A DNA stretch of 64,000 bases from Camelus dromedarius (lineage: Eukaryota). Every line of letters starts with the position of its first letter. Position 1 is the first letter of the stretch. The position numbers and the translations under genes were made by a program. This document shows, one piece after another, positions 1-13,213 of the stretch. Where the stretch lies: the NCBI RefSeq assembly GCF_036321535.1, contig NC_087438.1, positions 8,930,001 to 8,994,000 of the forward strand. Reading direction: 5' to 3'. Under the pieces are notes generated by a model. It was not told the origin of the DNA. It searched no databases and saw only the letters and a list, made by a program, of their open reading frames with translations.

Positions 1-665
1 CTTTCTCATGGCTGAATAATATTCCATTGTGTGTGTGTATCCAGGTCTTGAATCTTTTTTATCCATTCATCTGTTGACAGAAACTTAATGCTTTCCATAT
101 CTTGACTACTGTGAACAAGGCTGCAATAAACATGGGAGTGCAGATCTCTTTTTGATGTCTTGGTTTTATTTCCTTTGAATATAGACCCAGAAGTGGGATT
201 GCTAGATTATATGGCAGTTCTATTTTTAATTTTTTGGGAAACCTCTATACAGTTTTCCATAGTGACCGCACCAATTTGTGTTCCTGCCAACAGTGCTCAA
301 GGCTTCCCTTTCTCCACCTTCTTGCCAACACTTCTTATGACTTGTCTTTCTTATGGTAGCCGTTCTAACAGGTGTGAGGTGGTATCTCATTGTGGCTTTG
401 ATTTTGCATTTCCTTGGTGATTAGCAATGTTGAGCATCTTTCCATGTACCTGTTGGCTGACTGAATGTCTTCTTTGGAAAAACATTTATTCATTTCCTCT
501 GTCCATTTTTTAATCAAATTGTTTTCTTGCTGTTGAATTGCATGAGTTCTATACATATTTTGGAATTTAACCCCTTCTTATGTATGTGGTTTGCAAGTAT
601 TGTCTCCCATTCCATATGTTTGCCCTTTCATTTTGTTGATTGTTTCTTTTGCTGTGCAGAAGCTT
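1..665 (-). mobile_element. LINE-1 fragment (ORF2 C-terminal region), continues off the left edge
   Basis: Typical antisense L1 text (ggctgaataatattccattgtg, ggtgtgaggtggtatctcattgtgg, gctgtgcagaagcttt). The minus ORF 365-556 (NNLIKKW..FSKEDIQ.ANRYM.RCS.LL) is recognisable L1 ORF2p. Confidence 0.93.
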
Positions 666-729
666 TAACCTATTATTTTTTAAGGATACAAAAATTTCCC
701 ATATATCTCTTTGAATATAAATTAAAACT

Positions 730-1214
730 AGACAGTTTTCGATTTACAGTGGTTTGATGTAAAGTTTTTCAACTTTATGATGGTGCAAAAGCAATACCCT
801 TGATAGAAACCATACTTCAAATTTTGAATTTTGATTTTTTTCCTGGGCTAGTGATGTGTGGTCTGATACTCTCTTGTAAGGCTGGGTAGCAGCAGTGAGC
901 CACACCATTCCCACGGTAGACAATTGATACACTTATAACCTTTCTGCCCAGATAAGACTATTCTGTTTTTCACTTTCAGTATAGTATTCAATAAATTACA
1001 TGTGATATTAGATACTTTGTTATCAAATAGGTTTTGTGTTAGATAATTTTGCACTGTAGGCTAATATAAATGTTCTGAGCACATTTAACGTAGACAAAGC
1101 TAAGATACGATGTTCAGTAGGTTAGGTGTATTAAATGCATTTCAATTAAGGATATTTTTAACTTACTATGGGTTTATTGGGAAGTAAACTCATTGTAAGT
1201 TGAAGAAGAGCTGT
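730..1214 (-). mobile_element. Tigger3/Golem (MER7)-like non-autonomous TcMar DNA transposon
   Basis: Resembles recalled Tigger3 consensus (ttttcactttcagtatagtattcaataaattacatg, gttcagtaggttaggtgtattaaatgcattt, ggtttattgg..cattgtaagttga) with decayed terminal inverted repeats. Confidence 0.8.
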
Positions 1215-1657
1215 AATTTGAAAGTTTGCTCCTGCTTCCTTAATTATTAGTTTCCTTCAGCATGTGTTGTTTATTAATTTTGGCTTTCTTTCTTCCATGT
1301 GGTGCATTTTATTGCAATGTTTTCTAATTTTTATTCCTTTTTAGGGCTGGTAAAGCCAGTATCGGTTTCCAGGCATCTCTCAGAATACTCAGGTTCTCAT
1401 GTACCACATTCAGCTTGTTATATCCTGTCAAGATTCTTCCAGCGATGGCTGGTGACTCTTTATATATGAGTAAAATTCAAAGACTCACTATGGTAAGAGC
1501 AAGGGGACAAGCCACAGTCCTGCACACTGCAGTGGCTCCTGCAGCCACAATTGCTGTCATCATCTTATTCCTCCACCAGCCATCTGACATTCCCCTAACC
1601 CAAGACCAGCACTTCCACTCGATACAGGAGAATATGGGGGGCGCAAGTGGATGGCCA

Positions 1658-2152
1658 TGTCTCAGGTCTCAGATGAGTCTCTGGGATGCACACTGCCAAG
1701 TGAGGGTCCTTGGCTTTGTGCAGGAAAGAATTCAAGGGTAAGCCATTGTTGATAAAAGTAGATTTATTCAGAGAGGTGGACGCTCCATAGACAGAGTGAA
1801 GGCTGCCTCAGAAGGCAGGAGAAAGAGAGCAACTGTTTTTAGATGCTAATAAGTGAGAGGATTATTCCAACTACTTTGGGAGTAGGGGTGGGAACTCCCA
1901 GGAATTGGGCCACCACCCTCTTTTCGACCTTTCATGGTTAGCTTGGGAGCTGTCACGGCACCTGTGGGTGTGTCATTTACCATGCTAATATATTACAATG
2001 TGTGTAATATAGCTCAAGGTCCACTGGAGGTCAAATCTCCCACCATCTTGGGCCTCCAGGTCTATTGGGAGATGAATCTTCCGCCATCTTGGTGCTAATT
2101 GCTGTGTCATTCCTTTAATGGCTGTGCCTGCCCCCTTCCCTCCTGTCTCTCA
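1658..2152 (-). mobile_element. ERV1-class solo LTR (A)
   Basis: LTR-type antisense text (ccttggctttgtgcaggaaagaattcaagg, tttatt polyA-signal complement, ccatcttgg YY1-like motifs), ending in ..tctctCA. Left boundary is approximate and no clean TSD was found. Confidence 0.75.
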
Positions 2153-2262
2153 CTGGCCCATGACTTTGCCCAGTATGATAACCCCAGCTCTTCTTGTGAA
2201 TCCTATTGACGTTGCCCTTGTCAGGCTGCAGTTGTTGAAATCCCTCATTTACAATTTTTACC

Positions 2263-2727
2263 TGCTGACTGAAATAAATGCCCAGCCTAAAAGTTGAGAG
2301 TTATGTTTTATTTAGCCGGGATGACAGCCTCTCAGATTGCTCTGAGGGACTGCTCCAAAGAGGTAGGGAAGGAGCTAGGATATATAGGAGCTTTACAACA
2401 AAGACCAGGTAGCTGTAACAATAAAAGATCACTTGTTATCTAAAGAAAACCAGGCATCTCAAGTTAAAGAATTTAGTGCTTTTCTATGTATGGGAGGAAG
2501 CAAACATTTGGACTCATTGAATTCATTCCTTTGACAAGCACCCAGCTATCTAGGGCCAGTGTCCTGTCCTTTCTTATCCTGAGTCCCCTCAGGGTGCACC
2601 ATTGTGAGTGGCTGCAGAGGCTGGGCTGCAGACCTGTCCTCACTGGGGGGTGGCGGCAGCCGCTGATGACTTGATGGCTTCAGCATTCTTTGTTTACTAA
2701 CACGGTTTGCAGTATTTTTTGTTCACA
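2263..2727 (-). mobile_element. ERV1-class solo LTR (B, copy 1)
   Basis: TG...CA termini with a perfect 4-bp TSD TACC (2259-2262 / 2728-2731). Closely similar to 3744-4198. Confidence 0.9.
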
Positions 2728-3338
2728 TACCAGCAATGCAATATCCAAGAAGTTCTTGAGTTCCAGACACATTCCTCCTTGTCCTCACTATCAGCAGCGT
2801 GTCTGTCACCTTATGATGATCATGGTCTGTTATTTCTTCAAGGATATTAATTCCCTCTTTGTTTGGCTTACCAGCATGAGGAACCAAAATTTACCAGGCA
2901 GTTAACTGTAGTTTTACACTGAGAGGATCCACTGTTCAGTTTCCTCATAGAAGCATCTCTCACTTAGGGATAGAAATGCATAAGAGACTAAAATTACAGG
3001 GACTGGAAGCACAAATTCCCCCAGTGGATCACTAAATTAACGATGAGAGAAATCACTTGTACTTCCATCCATAGCTTGGTTCCCATGGTCATATAGTCTA
3101 CCTATTTGGGACATAGCATTACACAATGCCACTGGGAAAGTATATACAACTACTTAAAAGACAGCATTGCAATCCTATAGACTATTCCCCTAAGCTGACT
3201 CCTTAACTAACCTTTTAAAAGGTTCTTTAAATGCTTTATGAGAATGGCAGCTTCTGAGTAATGCAAAGAATTGCAATTTGTCAGTGAATATTACTGTTAT
3301 GACTTTAGCTCTCTGATCTTGATCATTCTGGATAACAT

Positions 3339-4359
3339 TGAAATGGAGCCGGACCCTCTGGGGTCCTCCTGGTACAAGTCCTTTCTATCCCCCAATTCTC
3401 TTTTGTAGGAAATAGGCTTCATTTAGCCTCCTTGACCTTCCTTGAGTTCCAAAGGGCGGATTCAAACGTGCTAATCAGGGAAGGGAGGGGCTGCAGAGAC
3501 AAGGAAGAACAGTCAACAAACAATAGTGCAGCCTTGGGGCAGGGTCCTGATTCCTCCTCGAGGAATATACATAATAATACCTTTGATTTCCTCTGTTGGA
3601 ACTTCTTCCCCCACCCAGGTGGAGGATGGCAACTTCAGACTGAGCACAAGATTCCTGGAACACTGCGCCGTTACCTCACTACCAACCAATCAGAAGAAAG
3701 TCACGTAGCCTGCAGCCCTCACCCCAAGTTTTGCCTATGAAACTGTCCACTGAAATAAATGTGCAGCCTAAAAATTGAGAGCTATGTTTTATTTGGCTGA
3801 GGACTCAAGCTGGGATGGCAGCCTTTCAGATTGCTCTGAGGTAAGGGAGGGGCTAGGATATATGTAGCTTTACAACAAAGACCAGGTAGTTGGAATAATA
3901 AAAGGTTTCTTGTCATGTAAAGAAAACCAGGTATCAAGTTAAAGAATTTAGCGCTTTTCTATGTATGGGAGGGAGCAAACATTTGGGCTCATTGAATTCA
4001 TTCCTTTGACAAGCGCCCAGCTATTTAGGGCCAGTGTCCTGTCCTTTCTTATCCTGAGTCCCCTCAGGGTGCACCATTGTGAGTGGCTGCAGAGGCTGGG
4101 CTGCAGGCCTGTCCTCCCTGGGGGGTGGCGGCAGAGATGATTTGATGGCTTCAGCATTCTTTGTTTACTGATATGGTTTGCAGTATTTTTTGTTCACAAA
4201 ATCTCTCCAAAAACCATTGAGCAGTTGGGGATTTTCATACACGAGCCGCTCATCCTCCATTCTCAGCCCTGCAATGCACCTTTCTCTGCTCCAAACTCTG
4301 ACTTTTCATTTTGTTTGGCCTCACTGTGTGTCAGGCACATGAAATTCTCTTTGGTAACA
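3339..4359 (+). mobile_element. ERV1-class solo LTR (C), interrupted by LTR B copy 2
   Basis: Starts tgaaatggagcc and ends ..ggtaaCA. Flanks acat/atat (3/4 TSD match). Contains a CCAAT box (accaatcag) and a decayed TATA at the insertion point. Confidence 0.8.
3744..4198 (-). mobile_element. ERV1-class solo LTR (B, copy 2)
   Basis: TG...CA termini, flanks aaac/aaat (3/4 TSD match). Colinear with 2263-2727 over about 450 bp. Confidence 0.9.
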
Positions 4360-4604
4360 ATATGGGTCAAACCACATCCTTGTCTATCCATCTATTTCAT
4401 TCTTAAAAATATCATGGTCTGTCATCTTTCAAAGCATTCACTTGAGAATAGGCCTTTTAATCGTCTTCAGAAAAGCAGGAATCTGATATCCACTAGCAAA
4501 ATGGAGGGGACAGTTTCAGAAGTTAGGGGCTCAGTGTTCTCAAGCATATCCAGGGCTTTCGGTCCCACTACTTCCTTGTCAAAGCCAGAATTGTAGTGTA
4601 AGAT

Positions 4605-5822
4605 GGTATTATTTTTTTTATTGCTGCAAGCAAGACCACAAGTTGATCAGCTGAAAACAACACCCATTTATGAACTCTAGCTCTCAGAAATCTGGGCAGA
4701 CCTGACTGCATTCTCTGCTTAGGTTTCCTCAAGGTTAAGTTCAAGGTGCTGACTAGGCCGTGTTATCATCCTCTTCTAGCTGTTGCTGGTGGATACAACC
4801 GGTGTTCCAGGTTCTTGTCCCATCCCAGAAGGAATTCAGAGACAAGACTTAGAGAGTAAAAAAAGTGAAGTGAGAATTTATTAAAGGATGGATAGTGCAC
4901 TCTCAAGGGGAGAGCGGGCTCAGGGGAGCGGCTGCCCGGTGTTTCTTTGGCAAGTTAGCAACATAGGATGTAAAAATGAATGGACGGACTATTCACTGGG
5001 GAGGGAAGGATTTGGGGTCACATACCCTGATTATCATCCCAACTCCACCTTCCCAAAGGGAGGAGGGGATTTCTGTCTTTATTTAGTATGGATCAGAAGT
5101 GTCATAGTGTTGGTGCATGATGGGTACTTCTAATCTGCAAGGCTAATTTCATTGAAATGAGGGCATAATGAGCAAAAGGTTACATTCAGACATTGGAAAT
5201 TCCTGCCTTTTTTCACCTTTCTTTGTCAGTCTCCAGGCCACTCATCATCCCAAAAGGTGTGACCACTTATCAACCGAAAGTTTCCTGCTTATCTTTCTCT
5301 ACCCAGGGAGCTTGTGGTTACATGATGTATGGTTTCCTGCATTTGGCCTGTGCCCCTCCTTTCTGCCCAATTCCTGCCATCTGGTCTGCATCCCCCTTTC
5401 TCTGCTCATATCTAGCTATCTGCCTGCTCTAACATAGGCACATGAGACTGTGGCGGGATTCAGTTCCTTGACATTGCAACATGAGATATTAGTTCCTTGC
5501 TGGATGGCACCTGCTGACAGAGCTCAGCTCAAAGAGACTGGCCACATCCTTTGCTGCAAGGACCTTCTATCTTCAAAGACAGCAATAGCCAACCTCTCTT
5601 GTGTTGAATATCTCATGCTTTAAATAGCTTTTGTCTTATTTAGGAAATATTGTCTTATTAACGGATCACCTGATTAATCCAGACTCACCAAAAATAATCT
5701 CCTTTTCGAGGTCAACTTGCTTAGAACATTAAACACATATGCAAAATGTCTTTATAGCAGTACCTAGATTAATGTTTGATTGAATATCTGGAAGCAGGTG
5801 TGTGCAAACGAGGAGTGGAGCC
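4605..5822 (-). mobile_element. MaLR LTR (MLT1E/F-like), interrupted by LTR D
   Basis: MLT1 antisense hallmarks (attgctgc..aaaacaacaccc.tttat, tctgcttaggtttcctcaaggt, ccattttagaattctgtctaccaca). Confidence 0.7.
4781..5434 (-). mobile_element. ERV1-class solo LTR (D)
   Basis: Starts tgttgctgg and ends ..ctctaaCA. Flanks tagc/tagg. Contains gaattcagagacaagac and tttatta typical of an antisense ERV1 U5/R. Confidence 0.8.
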
Positions 5823-5984
5823 ATTTTAGAATTCTGTCTACCACAAAGAGCCTTGCCAGGGGTGAGAATTCAGCTTTCTTTGTAATTTCCTTCCCTCAAA
5901 TTGCAACCTTGAAATTGATTTCCACTATAGTTACCCTTCTAAATATAAAAGATGGGGTTCTTTTAATATTGTCCATAATAACTC

Positions 5985-6325
5985 TACTGAATTGAATACT
6001 GTCTCTCCAAAATTCATGTCCACCTGGAACCTAAGGATGTGACCAAATTTTGGAAATAGTGTCTTTGTAGATATAGTTAGTTAAGATGGAGTAATACTGG
6101 ATCAGAGTGGGTCCTAACTTAATAACTTGTAATCTTATATGAAGAGAAAACCAGAGAATCTAGGAGAAGTCATGGCAAGATCCTTTGGAGTTTTCAGAAT
6201 ATGGCCCTGGCAACACCTTAATTTCTGACTTAAAACATCTAGAATAGTGAGAGAATTAATTTCTATCGTTCTTAAGCCATCCAGTTTGTGGTACTTAGGA
6301 AAGTATTACTTAGAAAAGAAATACA
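5985..6325 (+). mobile_element. MaLR LTR (MLT1A/C-like, internally deleted)
   Basis: ttgaatactgtctctccaaaattcatgtccacctggaacc..tggaaatagtgtctttgtagat, and 3' ttaagccatccagtttgtggtact..aaataca. Confidence 0.8.
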
Positions 6326-6571
6326 GAGATTTTTCTGGTTTTCATAATATACTCTGAATTTATAGTTTGACCAACACCATTATTTTCCTCCATTAGCATT
6401 TCAGAGGCACTGAGCAGCAACAAATCAATATGATAGTCCTGAAAATTAGCACTGTCCTTTTGGAGATACTGCATAAACCAGCACATCTTCTTCTACTACA
6501 TCCCATGTGACCATAGTTGAGAATTGTGTTCACTGCATGCTACAGCAAACCAGGGGATATCACCACCATCT

Positions 6572-6851
6572 GTGGATCCAGAGAAGAGCTGATGTTTCAG
6601 CTTGAGTCACAAGACAGTTTGGAGGAATAATTCTTTCCTCCCCTGGAGATTTCAGTGTTTTTCTCTTAAGGCTTTCAACTGATTGGATGAGGCCCACCCA
6701 TTTTACGAGGAGTAATCTGCTTTACTCAAAGTCCACTAATTTAAATGTTTAACTTCACTTAAAAATACCTTATAGAGACATCTGAAGTGGTATTTGACCA
6801 AATATTTGGATATCATGGCCAACTATAATGATATGGAATATTAACCATCAC
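6572..6851 (-). mobile_element. ERVL LTR (MLT2-like)
   Basis: ttcaactgattggatgaggcccaccca..aatctgctttactcaaagtccact..attaaccatcaca. Confidence 0.85.
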
Positions 6852-7887
6852 AGCTAACATTAAGAGTTCTTTTTGCTGCATCATAGCAATACATCCAATT
6901 CCAAAATACATCTTTCTAGGTACCAACTCTGTTACTGAAATAATACTAAGTATAAACATTATATGCTGGTCATACTTAAGTATCACTTTATAAAAGTTTC
7001 ATATAAGATTTTTAACATTTCTTCTTTTTAACTTTTAAACTTTATGGGATAAATCTGGAAATCAAAGGAGCAATACAGTAAAATACCATTTTTAATAGAG
7101 CTCTCTCAGCTATTTATTTTAGTGCTCATTTTACAGATGAGGAAGCTCTGATAAAGAAAAAGATAATTGATAATCAGTTATTTAAAGCTTTTCATCAAGT
7201 CTTTCTTCTTGTGAAATCATTTTCCTAATCTGAAAATGAGGATAATCAATAACAGTGACCCATGATGGGATAAAATGTCCAGATGTGCTTTGTTTTATAT
7301 TTGTGTTATATTTATTGTGATCCTTATTACCGACATTATGGGCTGTAAAGTATAATCATGTATGGGTCAAAAGAGATGTGTTAAAAATTTCCTGATTGAT
7401 TCTAATAATTTCCTTAGGGTACTTTTCTTCTTGCTTCAGCTTCTTCATCAACTGAAAGTCATTGAATTTTAATATGGAGTTTTCTTAACTATCCCAAATC
7501 ATAATAGATGGAAAGTTTTTGTTTCTATCACATTAATTATATCTAACTGTTATATATCTATATATTTTAGTTGATTTTCATATCATCAAATATTCAACAA
7601 AATTTTAATGAGCCCTACTTCATATTTGGCAAAAAAGAGGGAGATTAATTATTTAAAGCATTGATTTTGTCAAGAAGTATGGAGAAAAAAGACATTATTA
7701 CTTACAGTAATAATAATATTAAGAAAATGAGTATAGTTTAAATTAGTATTTAAACAATAATTGTAAATAAAACATACAAATATAAATTACATATGAAAAA
7801 ATAGTCAAATTTAACAGTAAACACTTTCAATAAGTCCCTAAAAATTAATCATTTTTCTCCTATCAGTCCTATAGACAAAATCCTTAA

Positions 7888-7984
7888 AAGAATCTGAAAA
7901 ATAATATACATATGTATAACTGAATCACTTTGCTATACACCTGAAAGTATTGCAACATTGTAATTCAACTATATTTCAATTAAA
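7888..7984 (+). mobile_element. 5'-truncated artiodactyl-type L1 3' end
   Basis: tataactgaatcactttgctatacacctgaa..caactatatttcaattaaaaaaa with an 11-bp TSD aaaatccttaa (7877-7887 / 7985-7995). Confidence 0.88.
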
Positions 7985-8639
7985 AAAATCCTTAAGTGCA
8001 AATGATAGATTAATGCATTTTTCCTGTATTTCAGGTTATTACACAGTTAACTAACAGCAACATTTTAATTATGCTGTTTAAAATTTCACAAAAATAATTT
8101 ATTTCTGCTTGATCTTATCAAAGTGACTGTATTCATATGTGCTAAATTTGAAATTTTATTTATGCTTTAATAAAATCTTATGTATAAATTATTTTAATGA
8201 TATAAGATGTGTATATGTCAAGTATTATTATTTAGATATATTAGTTCTGATGGTAGCACTGATTTTCGAGCATGAAATGGTTCTTTTATTTTGATAAACT
8301 CTAATTACTATTAATTGAGAGGAAAATAAAAGCACGCAAGCATTGATTTAAAGAGGTCTATGTCATTTATACATGTTACACGTCAGAGAAAGTAAAAGAA
8401 TGGCTTTAAGCCAGTCGCAGATGTGTTATTGAATGCTTTTAAGCAATAAATGTTACATCTTAATGAAACCTTAAGAGACCAAATTACAAGAAATAATTGC
8501 CTGTGAAATATTGATAAGGGAATAAGGATCTAAACTATATTTCAGGCAGGATTGGCATCTTGATTTACATTTTAGAAATTAGCCAAAAACCCGACTTAAT
8601 TAAGGAAATGATTCCTTTCTTCATTTGAAAGGATTATTA

Positions 8640-9620
8640 AAAGGGAAATACTGTTAATATATCTGAAAGATACTAAGAGATGAAAATAAACTAAATGGGG
8701 TTTATTCTAGGAATGGAAAGCTAGTTCAATTTTCAGAGCTCAATCAATATAAAGCATTGTATTAACAGTTAAAAGAAGAAAAAACATGATTTATGTTGAG
8801 AACACCTGAAATCTACTCTTAGTCAATTTCTTTCGATCATGTGGTTTCTGACAGAAGATCCACTGAATTTCTTATGCTTGTTCCTCTATACATATCTTGT
8901 TTTCTCCTCTCCCTCCTTTGAATTATCTCATGCTTTTTTTCTTTGTCTCTCGTGTCCTGCAATTTGAATATGATATGCTTAAGTGTAGTCCCCCCACCCC
9001 ACACCCCACTTACCATTCTCTGTGCTTCCTGGATTCATGGTTTGGTGACTGTCATTAATTTTGGAAATTCCTCAACCATTATTAATTAAAATATTTCTTA
9101 TACTCCATTATCTCTGTCTACTAGTTCTGGAGTTCCAATTATGCATATGTTACACATTTTGAAATTGTCCCACAGTTCTTGGCAGTTCTGTTTCTTTTTT
9201 ATTTTTTCTACATTCTGTTTTTCTTTTTCATTTCATATTGACAATTTTCTATGCATTTGTATGCATTTGTCAAAATACAATGACTGGACACTCAAGATGT
9301 GGACATTTCATTTTATGTAAATTTTACATAAAGACAAAAATTCCAAATAAATATTGAACTCTAGTTGATAATAAACATGTTAGAGTTGTTAAAGGTAAGT
9401 GAATTTCTCGTATTTATTGTGTAATTCATTGAAAAATTAGGATAATTGATGGACTGACAGAATGGCACATGGATGGATATATGTATATACATATATGTAA
9501 TAAAACAAATACAGTAGAATGTTATCTGGAGAATTTGCATGCTGTGTATATAAGTGTTTATTATAAATCTATTCTAACTTTTCTGTACACTTTAAAGTTT
9601 CCTAGTAAAATATTAAAGAA
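8640..9620. mobile_element. Mosaic of old L1M fragments (mixed orientation)
   Basis: Sense ORF2-like piece at about 8640-8790, antisense ORF1-like piece at about 8850-9250 (gttccaattatgcatatgttacac), sense L1MC-like 3' UTR at about 9255-9620. Confidence 0.6.
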
Positions 9621-11741
9621 TGCTCAAAATCTTGAACAATCTACTGAAAGGTGGGCTTAAAAAGTAGTGGAGAGGATGTAGACCAGAGAATCCTTATCAA
9701 GCCAGTCTCTGGATGAGCCACACTTATTTTTATGACAGATTATTAAAAAAAAAAAAGATATTTACTATTAATTTTAACACCAACAGAGGGTCCTGCTAAC
9801 CAAAGCCTCTCTCATTTCAAATAAAATCATTTAAACTCATTAGAGTGATGGAACATTAAAGCATCAGGGAGCAGCGTCAAATACATATTATGTCAAATAT
9901 ATCAATGGGAATGAAAAAAAAAATCAACTGGTGATATTTAAAAAAACAGAACTTAATTGGGTGACAATTCAAGCTAATGACTTCACTCCAGAAAGAACTG
10001 AAGGATTTAACAGTCTATTTTGTAGGTTTCTTTTTATCATATTACGTAGGATAACAAACCATACATTTCAAAGAGAATTATTCTCTTTTATTTTCTCTCC
10101 TTATCTATGTCATAAAATTGTGTTCTAATAATGAATATTTTCCTGTTGATAAGGAGGCAAAGGAAAATACTGAATTGCCTCTCAAGATAGAGCAGCATAT
10201 AATTGATTAATTAATCAGCGTTTGCATTTCCACCCTTTGTTATGTTACCTGAGCATTCTAGCCCCAAGAAGATGTGTTTTTCCTGACTCTTCTTTTGCTG
10301 CTCTTGATTCTCCAGTGTTCAGAACTTCTTCTCTGCTGTTTACAGCACTCTAGCCTTGGTTGCATATAATCACAGAGTTCCCTATGGCTAGTTTTCATTC
10401 CCCATCTTTCCCTTCAGTTTGGGCACTGCTTTATTCTTTAAAATTTTATTTATGTGCCCAGAAATCCACACTGTCTGCAAGTCACAAGTTCACCAGCAAT
10501 TCAAAGTTTTTACACCATTTCTTCCACAGAGCCTCTTCATCATCCTTTGAATCTGTTAGACTAGAAACCTTATAGCCATTTTCAGTGTTCCCTCTCTTTC
10601 TTGTTTTATTCTCTCTACTATATATATACATATATAATATATATATTTTAAAGTTTTCTCTGAAATACAAACTTCTCTTCATTTTGGTCACTATGAAGTC
10701 GATGCCGTGTCCCTGGAAAAAGCGTCTATTTGAATTCTTGATCTAACATTTCAAACTTATACAACTTTGAAAGTATATCCACTTAACTTCTCCAAGATGC
10801 AGGACTAGTCTGTATGAAGTGTAAAATGTGCTGATAGTAATGAAAACAAATACTGTGTATAAATGACGATGTAGCCCAAAATATATTGGTCATAAATGGT
10901 TTTAACAGCAAAATCTTCAACTGTGACCTTAAGGAGCATTTTTATTGGATTTCAAGAATGTCTTGGTAATTGTCAATCTGGCTAATGGGAACTGGTACTA
11001 CTGGCACATAAACCTAATCAAATTTTTCTGGAATTAAACCATCCTTCATACACTTGACCATAGAAAAGACACAAAGAGATATGCTTTCATGTGGTGATTC
11101 CTGGGGAAAAAATTAAAGCCAAGGGATGGCACTTTTTTTTTTTTTTTCCAGCTCCTGTAAAAGGAAACAACCTCTGTATCCAATTTTTAAGCTAATTATA
11201 GAAATGATGAGTCATGCTGAAAAATATTAAAAATTAACAGGAAATCCAGTCATAGTTCCATTGTAGACAAAAGTTCTTGTGTCTTTTTCTCTGTATGCAT
11301 TTGCTTTAACAAAATTAGCCTTTTACTGAATAATCTGGTCTCTCGATCCTTTCAAATTTAATATTATGCAGTAAGCAGTTCCCATTTATTAACTATTCCT
11401 CATAAACTAAATTTAGTGATAAATTGTGCTCCATAATTAAATTTACTTGGTTAATATTTTTAACATTTGAGTTGTCTTCCATTTTGCAATATTATTTAAA
11501 ACATTTATATGTATAATTAAATCTTACATCTGATAAAGTCTGAGACTAAATACAGATAGGGACTCTATGCAACAGTTCTTGAAGTTGTGCTTTGTTTCTT
11601 GGGCCTTTATGAAAATAATGTAAGCCTTTATTGACAATATATAGACTCACATCATGACATGAATAATAAACCTTAGAGTTTTGGTACAAACTTCCAATTA
11701 TTGCTATCCTAATACACTAGTAAAAATACTTAGATCCTATA

Positions 11742-12351
11742 TGTGGTAGGGAAAATAATAGACCCCCGAAAATATCAGTCCCTAATTCCTAGAACCTGTG
11801 AATATGTTACCTTATGTGGTAAAAAAAAGAACTTTGCAGAAGTGATTAAGGATAAACTTGAAATGGGAGCGTATTCTGGAGTATCCAAGGGGGTCCAAAT
11901 CCAATCAAAATTTCTTTAAAAAAAGAAAGACAAAGGCAGAAGCTTGGGTGAGAAAGATGCAACAGAAGGAAAAATAAAAGAGAGATTCCAAGTGTGAGTG
12001 AGATTCAGCTGCCATTGCCGGCCTTGAAGATGGAGAAGGCAGATCATAAACCAAGGAATTTAATTTAATGGTCTCAAAAAGCTGGAAATGGCCCTCAGCT
12101 GACAACCAACCAGAAAACAGAGACCTCAGTTCTACAGGGACAGGGAATTAAATTATGTCAACAACCTAAATAAGCATAGGAAGTGGAGTCACCCTTAGAC
12201 CTTCCAGAAGGAAAGCCCTGCCAACATCTGGATTTTAATCAGTTCAGATCTGTAATAAAATTCTGAACAGAGCTGTTGATAATAAAGTAAGTTGTGTTAA
12301 ACCACTAACAAACTCTGATAATTTGTTATGACAGCACTGGAAAACTAACAT
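11742..12351 (+). mobile_element. MaLR LTR (MLT1D/E-like)
   Basis: tgtggtagg..cctaattcctagaacctgtgaatatgttacctta..gactttgcaga.gtgattaag, and 3' taatttgttatgacagca..ggaaaactaaca. Confidence 0.85.
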
Positions 12352-13213
12352 AATTTATCAAATTATGCTAATGACAACAATGTAATTAGAGTAATGATAA
12401 TACGGTCTACTGTTTTTAATCAGCACATACTATGTCCCAATATGTATATAATACATATATTAACTATTTTATGTCTATACTCCATGACTTAGGGTTTATT
12501 GTTACCCACACTTTAGATGGGAAGTAACTTGCCCAAAAACACTTTATTAAAAGCAGCAATGTCAAGATTTGTCTTTAATTTTCTTCTGGCTTTGGTTAAT
12601 ATTGTAATTTTTTGTAAACAAGTAATAAAACAACATAATATATTTCAAGCTTTGAAACATAACTATGAAACATACAAAAATAATGAGTTATTGAAATGCA
12701 CTATTAATTGAGGTAGACGGAGCTTTTAAAAATCACTTCATACATCTATTTACTATTTTAGTTTATTTATTTTTCAAATGAGATTAAATTTAGCATTGAT
12801 TCTATTTCTCTTTATATTCATTTCTGATTTAATTTTAAATATATGCATAAAAATATTTGGAACATAAAATAATAGATTGAAAGAGAAAAAAATCTTGTTC
12901 AGCAATGCTTCTCCATTCTTTGAGTTTCTCTGAGTTGTATGCCTCAGATCACATAGCGACATATTATGAAAAAATTATTTTAGAGATGTATTCATTAACT
13001 ACTAAATAAGGTCTTTTTCCAATTTAGTGAGGTTAAATAGTGTTGCAAACCATTTGTCTACACACTGTGTCATCTACACTTACTTCCTTTGAATTATGAT
13101 GAATAAGCCTCACAGGCACTCGTTGACTAAAGCCTTTATGCTCAAAATAAAGGCAAAATCACATATACTCTCTGGCAGAAAAAGTCTGACCTATGATGAA
13201 CAGGCCAGTTTTT

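Larger units (their letters stand above)
1340..6930 (-). mobile_element. Ancient ERVL/MaLR-class internal region (ERV3-16A3_I/MLT-int-like), fragmented by nested insertions
   Basis: Segments about 1340-1657, 2153-2262, 2728-3338, 4360-4600, 5825-5985, 6325-6570 and 6852-6930 resemble ERVL internal sequence (e.g. ggaagcacaaattcccccagtggatcac). The 5' start motif ttggtacctag reads on the minus strand at about 6915-6927. Confidence 0.6.

Noticed and set aside
160..757. ORFs of 63-86 aa at the window start
   Set aside because: They lie in a decayed L1 and are antisense frames or broken ORF2 fragments.
2263..4198. LTR-internal-LTR mini provirus
   Set aside because: Each LTR has its own TSD, and the interval consists of older ERVL sequence plus another LTR.
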